Source: Candidatus Poribacteria bacterium
GTDB taxonomy: Bacteria > Poribacteria > WGA-4E > WGA-3G
NCBI GenBank assembly: GCA_965197475.1
Contig: CBDANF010000002.1
Location: 1,248,001-1,312,000 of the forward strand
DNA length: 64,000 bases
Reading direction: 5' to 3'
In this document: one piece after another, positions 59,251-64,000 of the stretch
How the letters are laid out: every line of letters starts with the position of its first letter
Position numbering within the stretch: the first letter of the stretch is position 1
Program-made: the position numbers and the translations under genes
Notes under the pieces: generated by a model
What the model was told of the DNA's origin: nothing
Databases searched by the model: none
What the model saw: the letters and a program-made list of their open reading frames with translations, nothing else

Positions 59251-59452
59251 TCAATTTGCCCTCAAAGTTTTGAATTTATCCAATTTTATACAAAATTGCT
59301 TAAAAATACAACAATTTTTTATTATTGCTAAGTTTGCAAAATGACTTGATGTAAATTTTAAGGTGAAATTGTTTGCTAAATGTGGTAATATATTCTACAG
59401 TATATACGTACATCTAATGCAAGAATTGCGTTATAAACATGGAGGAAGAAAT

Positions 59453-59659
59453 ATGGGTGTCCCTGGCATACCGGAATTATTGATTATATTAGTGATAGTG
59501 CTGCTCCTATTTGGCTCAAAGAAGCTGCCTGAATTAGCACGCGGGCTTGGCAAAAGCATCACAAACTTTAAATCCGGGCTCAACGAAGAGCAGACAGACG
59601 AAACCGAAACCATCGCACAACAGGAAAAAGAAACATCACAAAAAGAGGAAACTGGCTAA
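59453..59659 (+). CDS. tatA: Twin-arginine translocase TatA/E subunit
   Basis: GIPELLIILVIVLLLFGSKKLPELARGLGKSI..FK; GGAGG RBS. Confidence 0.95.
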   Translation: MGVPGIPELLIILVIVLLLFGSKKLPELARGLGKSITNFKSGLNEEQTDETETIAQQEKETSQKEETG

Positions 59660-59671
59660 TTTTAACCGAAA

Positions 59672-60001
59672 ATGAAAGATAAATTACCTGACTTTCTTCA
59701 GGGGGTGATAGAAGAATACCCTGAAATTTGGAAAGCATATCAGGCATTAGGCGAAACGTGCGGCACCGCCGGACCTCTTGAACCCAAAACTGTGAGGCTT
59801 GTCAAACTTGCATTGGCTATTGGCGCGAAGTCTGAAGGTGCTGTACATTCGCATACTCGACGGGCACTCCGTGAAGGTATCACGCGAGAGGAGATACAAC
59901 AGGTGGCACTGCTTGCAGTGACATCCATCGGTTGGTCATCAAGTATGGCATCCTTATCTTGGATTCAAGATGTCGTTAATAAACATTTACAGTCAGATTG
60001 A
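59672..60001 (+). CDS. Carboxymuconolactone decarboxylase family protein
   Basis: GPLEPKT.RLVKLALAIG..SEGAVHSHTRRAL.EG. Confidence 0.85.
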   Translation: MKDKLPDFLQGVIEEYPEIWKAYQALGETCGTAGPLEPKTVRLVKLALAIGAKSEGAVHSHTRRALREGITREEIQQVALLAVTSIGWSSSMASLSWIQDVVNKHLQSD

Positions 60002-60041
60002 GAATATTAGCATGGAAGTAGTTTATAAACGACGAAATTCC

Positions 60042-61283
60042 ATGTTTGCTAAGATTGCCTGTGGGGTTTTAATCCTCACTACTACTTTGTTGCTCACTCC
60101 ATCTATTAGTAGAACTGAAACAGCAGTATCGGAAATGCAACAAGGACTGGAATACGTCAAACTCCGACTCTACCCGCAGGCAGTTGATACCTTCAAATTG
60201 ATCTTATCGCGAAAACCGACAGATATTAACGCGCTTTTTCAATTGGCGAATGTCTACAAATTACAAGATGAGTTGGAATTAGCGATAGAAACGTTCAACA
60301 AGATTTTTGCAATCGCAGAGTCGAAAAATATATTGGCAATAGATCGGATTTTTGGATTTACGCATCTTGCGCTGGCTGAAATTTACTGTAAACAGAGCAA
60401 GTTAGACATGGCTGAGCAGCATGCGATGGAGGCAGTTCAGATATGCGCTACGGATGCTGATACACATTACCGACTCGGTTATATTTACACACATCAGGCA
60501 AAGTTTGATAAGGCACTCTCAGCGTTTAAGCGAACACTTACACTCAAACATGATTTTGCTGAAGTCTATGAATGGCTCGGCTTGATTGCGCTTATGCAGC
60601 ACAAACCGAAGCAAGCGATAGCACACTATAAAGTTGCAATCCAGAAAAAGCCTTATGTTCAGAGTGCCTACTATAACCTTGCGAAAGCTTACCGTATCCT
60701 CGGCGATATGGAATCCGCAAAGGAACAACTAAAGTTATTCCAACAGATGAAGACCTATTACGACAAGACTTATGCTATTGAAGGTTCTTTGGCGGAAAAT
60801 CCATCAAACACAACGTTACGACTGAAATTGGCAGAGATACATGTAGCGCACAAGCATTTCTCAGCAGCAATTGCCGCTTACCAAGCACTGATTCGGTTGA
60901 ATCCAGAATTTATAACAGGATATGACAAATTGGGAAGGCTCTATATGGAACTTAATATACCACAGCGCGCAATACCGCTTTTCCATAAGGTAATAAAATT
61001 AAATCCTGATGCTGTAGAAGCACATGTTCGGTTGGGATGGCTACATACAGTAGAAAAATCATTTGACAAGGCAGAAACACATCTGAAAAAGGCTATAGAA
61101 AAAATGCCGAAACTTACTTTAGCGTATCACGGGTTAGCAGAAATTTATACACAACAGGGGCACATCGAAAAAGCGATTAAAATCTATAAACATATCACAC
61201 AAATTGAACCTGACGATAGAGATGCTTGGACGGCATTACACAAATTGGAACGTATGAAAAAGGGAGGACAAACGAAGCAATAA
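60042..61283 (+). CDS. Exported tetratricopeptide repeat protein
   Basis: Signal-like N-terminus and about 10 TPR units (e.g. THYRLGYIY, AYYNLAKAY); start could be 60012. Confidence 0.88.
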   Translation: MFAKIACGVLILTTTLLLTPSISRTETAVSEMQQGLEYVKLRLYPQAVDTFKLILSRKPTDINALFQLANVYKLQDELELAIETFNKIFAIAESKNILAIDRIFGFTHLALAEIYCKQSKLDMAEQHAMEAVQICATDADTHYRLGYIYTHQAKFDKALSAFKRTLTLKHDFAEVYEWLGLIALMQHKPKQAIAHYKVAIQKKPYVQSAYYNLAKAYRILGDMESAKEQLKLFQQMKTYYDKTYAIEGSLAENPSNTTLRLKLAEIHVAHKHFSAAIAAYQALIRLNPEFITGYDKLGRLYMELNIPQRAIPLFHKVIKLNPDAVEAHVRLGWLHTVEKSFDKAETHLKKAIEKMPKLTLAYHGLAEIYTQQGHIEKAIKIYKHITQIEPDDRDAWTALHKLERMKKGGQTKQ

Positions 61284-61310
61284 GTTTTCTATAGGTTGTC
61301 GGTTATTTTT

Positions 61311-63014
61311 ATGTTAAAGATTAACCACCATTTTTACACGCCGTATCTCTATCTCCTATTCATATTAGCACTCATCACTAAGTTTATAGGTTTTCAAAAC
61401 TGTGTTCCCGCTTCAGCAGAATCAATTTTTGTTGACGTTACCGAGTCTGCGGGCATCACGTTTGAACATACCGATGGTAGAAGCGGTAAAAGGCTTTTCA
61501 ATGAATTTCTCGGTTCTGGCGGCGGTTTCTTCGATTATGACAATGATGGGGACCTTGACATCTATCTTGTGAACGGTGCAATTCAGACAGGCAACGCCCA
61601 AGACAAAACACAACATAACGTACTCTACCGAAACAACGGTGATGGCACGTTCACCGATGTCACCGAAAAAGTAGGCGTGGGTAGTACAGCTTACGGCACA
61701 GGTGCTACCGTTGGTGACTATGATAATGATGGTGATCTTGATCTTTATGTTACTAATTTTGGTGGAGATCAACTTTATCAAAACAACGGAGACGGCACTT
61801 TTACAGATGTAACAAAGCAGGCTAAGGTCGGCAACCAAAACTGGGGAACGAGTTGTGCTTTTGCTGATGTTGATAACGATGGGGATTTAGACCTTTATGT
61901 AGCGAACTACGCCGCATATAATCCGAAGGATGATAAACAGTGTAAGGAACGAGGTGTACATGTCTATTGCGGTCCTCATGCCTACCCTGCAGTTCACGAT
62001 ACTTTTTACAAAAACAGTGGCGATGGCACGTTCACCGATGTTTCTACCACATATCGCCCCTCTGACCTGATCCCTCAGCACGGGTTAGGTGTAACATTCG
62101 GAGATTACGACGGTGATGGTGATTTAGATTTATATGTGGCAAACGATCAAGATCCGAACTTTCTATTTCAAAATGATGGAAAAGGTAAATTTTTAGAGGT
62201 TGCATTAATTTCTGGTGTTTGCTACAATGATATGGGAAAAGAAGAAGCTGGAATGGGTACTGATTTCGGTGACTATGACAACGACGGGAAACTTGACATT
62301 ACTGTCAGCAACTACCAGACAGAAACGAATACCCTTTACCATAATCACGATAGCGATTTTTTTATTGACAATACTATTGCATCAGGAATAGCTGAGGTGA
62401 CACACGGTTACCTCGGATGGGGTATCAAGTTTTTTGATTATGATAACGATGGGTACCAAGACATTTTTGTAGCAAATGGCCACTTGATGGATAACATCTC
62501 TGTGCTTGAAAAGCACGTGACCTATCCGCAAAGGAATCTGTTGTTTAGGAATTTGGGTGATGGCACGTTTGCCAATGTCATGTCACAGGAAGATGGTTTA
62601 ACCTTGAAAAAGGTCAGTCGTGGTGCCGCTATCGGCGATTACGACAATGATGGTGACCTTGATATTCTTGTTACCAACTGCAATCAACGTCCGGATCTGC
62701 TTCAAAACGTTGTTGGTAATCGAAATAATTGGGTGCAAATTCAGGTTGTCGGACAGAAAAGCAACCGTTCTGGCATTGGCGCAAAAATAAAGGTTGTGGC
62801 CGGAACACACGTCCAGTATCGTGAGGTACAAAGTGGTGGGAGTTATCTCTCTTTTCATGATCTACGTGCCCATTTTGGTGTTGGAAAAGCGGAACAGATT
62901 GAACTTCTTGAGATTCGATGGCCTACTGGTCAAATTGACAGAGGCACACACCTTCCCGCCAACCAAAGGTATTTAGTTGTTGAAGGAGACAAAATCGTTC
63001 CGATTCAACAATGA
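61311..63014 (+). CDS. CRTAC1/ASPIC-UnbV family FG-GAP repeat protein
   Basis: Repeated DYDNDGDLD, FTDVT and N.GDGTF; C-terminal SNRSGIGA..GGSYLS..HFG.G..IRWP.G. Confidence 0.92.
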   Translation: MLKINHHFYTPYLYLLFILALITKFIGFQNCVPASAESIFVDVTESAGITFEHTDGRSGKRLFNEFLGSGGGFFDYDNDGDLDIYLVNGAIQTGNAQDKTQHNVLYRNNGDGTFTDVTEKVGVGSTAYGTGATVGDYDNDGDLDLYVTNFGGDQLYQNNGDGTFTDVTKQAKVGNQNWGTSCAFADVDNDGDLDLYVANYAAYNPKDDKQCKERGVHVYCGPHAYPAVHDTFYKNSGDGTFTDVSTTYRPSDLIPQHGLGVTFGDYDGDGDLDLYVANDQDPNFLFQNDGKGKFLEVALISGVCYNDMGKEEAGMGTDFGDYDNDGKLDITVSNYQTETNTLYHNHDSDFFIDNTIASGIAEVTHGYLGWGIKFFDYDNDGYQDIFVANGHLMDNISVLEKHVTYPQRNLLFRNLGDGTFANVMSQEDGLTLKKVSRGAAIGDYDNDGDLDILVTNCNQRPDLLQNVVGNRNNWVQIQVVGQKSNRSGIGAKIKVVAGTHVQYREVQSGGSYLSFHDLRAHFGVGKAEQIELLEIRWPTGQIDRGTHLPANQRYLVVEGDKIVPIQQ

Positions 63015-63061
63015 TTATTAAAATAAATGCCTACTAAGGCAAATTAAAAAGGAGGTACAAA

Positions 63062-63847
63062 ATCAAAAGCTTATTTATTATGTTAACGCTTTTAACGCTT
63101 GTGGCATCTTTCGCGCATGCAGCAAATGAACCAGAGGATGCGCTCATTCTCTATATGTCTTTTGATACAATTGATGGAATACAGACGATTGACCATTCAA
63201 AGTATGAAAACCACGGTGAAATGATGGGAAACCCACAACACGTTGAAGGAAGATTCGGTAAAGCTCTTCAATTTAACGGTGTATCCGACTATGTTGAAAT
63301 TCCACACCATGAAACACTTACCGTGGATCAGGATGTCACGGTCATGGCTTGGATTCATACTGAGAGGCATACAGGACCTGATAACGCGCAATGGCAAGGT
63401 ATCTTGGCAAAGGGGAACAACCCACGTTCTTATAGTTTCTGGACTGAGGAAAAGAGTAAGTGTTTGCACTTCAGTGTAGGTGCACCTAATGGTGGTAGTG
63501 TCTGCCACCAAGGTGAAGTCAAGCTAAACGAATGGCAACATGTTGTGGCACAAGTGAATAGTGGAACCCACCGTTATTGGATTAATGGGGAAAAAGTTGG
63601 AGAAACCGGTAACAAACCGGACCCACCTGGCTTAGAGGATACATCCCCTGTCGTCGTTGGAACTGCAGGCGGAGGTAATAAACGATATTTCCTCGGTATG
63701 ATTGACGAAGTCCGCATCTGGAACCGTGCGCTTACTGAAGAAGAGGTGAATGAACAGATGGAAAAAGGGCATTTCGCACTTTTTCCTGTTGACCCGCGCC
63801 AAAAATTAGCTACAACGTGGGGAAACCTGAAAACACAACAGCGATAA
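63062..63847 (+). CDS. Secreted LamG domain protein (start ATC at 63062 or ATG at 63080)
   Basis: YMSFD, EGRFGKALQFNG, WQHVV, GMIDEVRIWNRAL; tail PVDPRQKLATTWGNLK. Confidence 0.85.
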   Translation: MKSLFIMLTLLTLVASFAHAANEPEDALILYMSFDTIDGIQTIDHSKYENHGEMMGNPQHVEGRFGKALQFNGVSDYVEIPHHETLTVDQDVTVMAWIHTERHTGPDNAQWQGILAKGNNPRSYSFWTEEKSKCLHFSVGAPNGGSVCHQGEVKLNEWQHVVAQVNSGTHRYWINGEKVGETGNKPDPPGLEDTSPVVVGTAGGGNKRYFLGMIDEVRIWNRALTEEEVNEQMEKGHFALFPVDPRQKLATTWGNLKTQQR

Positions 63848-63931
63848 AATGGACGATCATCTTGATTCGTCCTCAAGAGAGTTTCTGCTGAATTTGTAAC
63901 AAGTGCTTGCGGAGACTCTTTAAATCTATAA

Positions 63932-64000
63932 CAGGACTTACGCAAATTTGAAGTAGCAGCAAAATTGAGTCTGCATTTCTAAAGAACGCGCAATAAATTG
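63932..64000. mobile_element. Left end of a CAGGACTTACGCAA-family MITE (runs off the window)
   Basis: 14-bp match to the TIR at 7113. Confidence 0.6.

Overview
A bacterial chromosomal window of moderate GC. Its gene content (many LamG proteins with a 'KLAxxWGxxK' tail, PhyH dioxygenases, a sulfatase, a CRTAC1/ASPIC protein, a cohesin plus FlgD-like C-terminal protein) resembles Candidatus Poribacteria, a sponge symbiont; this taxon call is an inference. (1) 3-16.7 kb is a defence island: a type I R-M locus (hsdR...hsdS...hsdM) opened up by a Schlafen/AlbA_2 protein, a low-GC Kiwa-like pair, an orphan antitoxin-like gene and three diversified tandem copies of an unnamed two-gene module. Gene A is acidic and gene B carries an R-S-H, ADP-ribosyltransferase-like motif. 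The array also has a duplicated hsdM 5' stub and a frameshifted third gene B, an orphan fourth gene A lies at 18.8 kb, and an IS1-family element closes the island. (2) 36-46 kb is a surface-protein pair: cohesin + spondin_N + C-terminal sorting-like domain, followed by Reeler/CxxCH + 18 Ig-like repeats + dockerin, i.e. the two signature F-spondin domains split over a cohesin-dockerin pair. Other items: a GlmU-like/DUF89 fusion, a His-rich leader peptide and attenuator before hisZ-hisG-hisS, several MITE/REP families, and genes broken by single nonsense codons. No rRNA, tRNA or CRISPR array was seen. All family calls come from motif recognition, not database searches.
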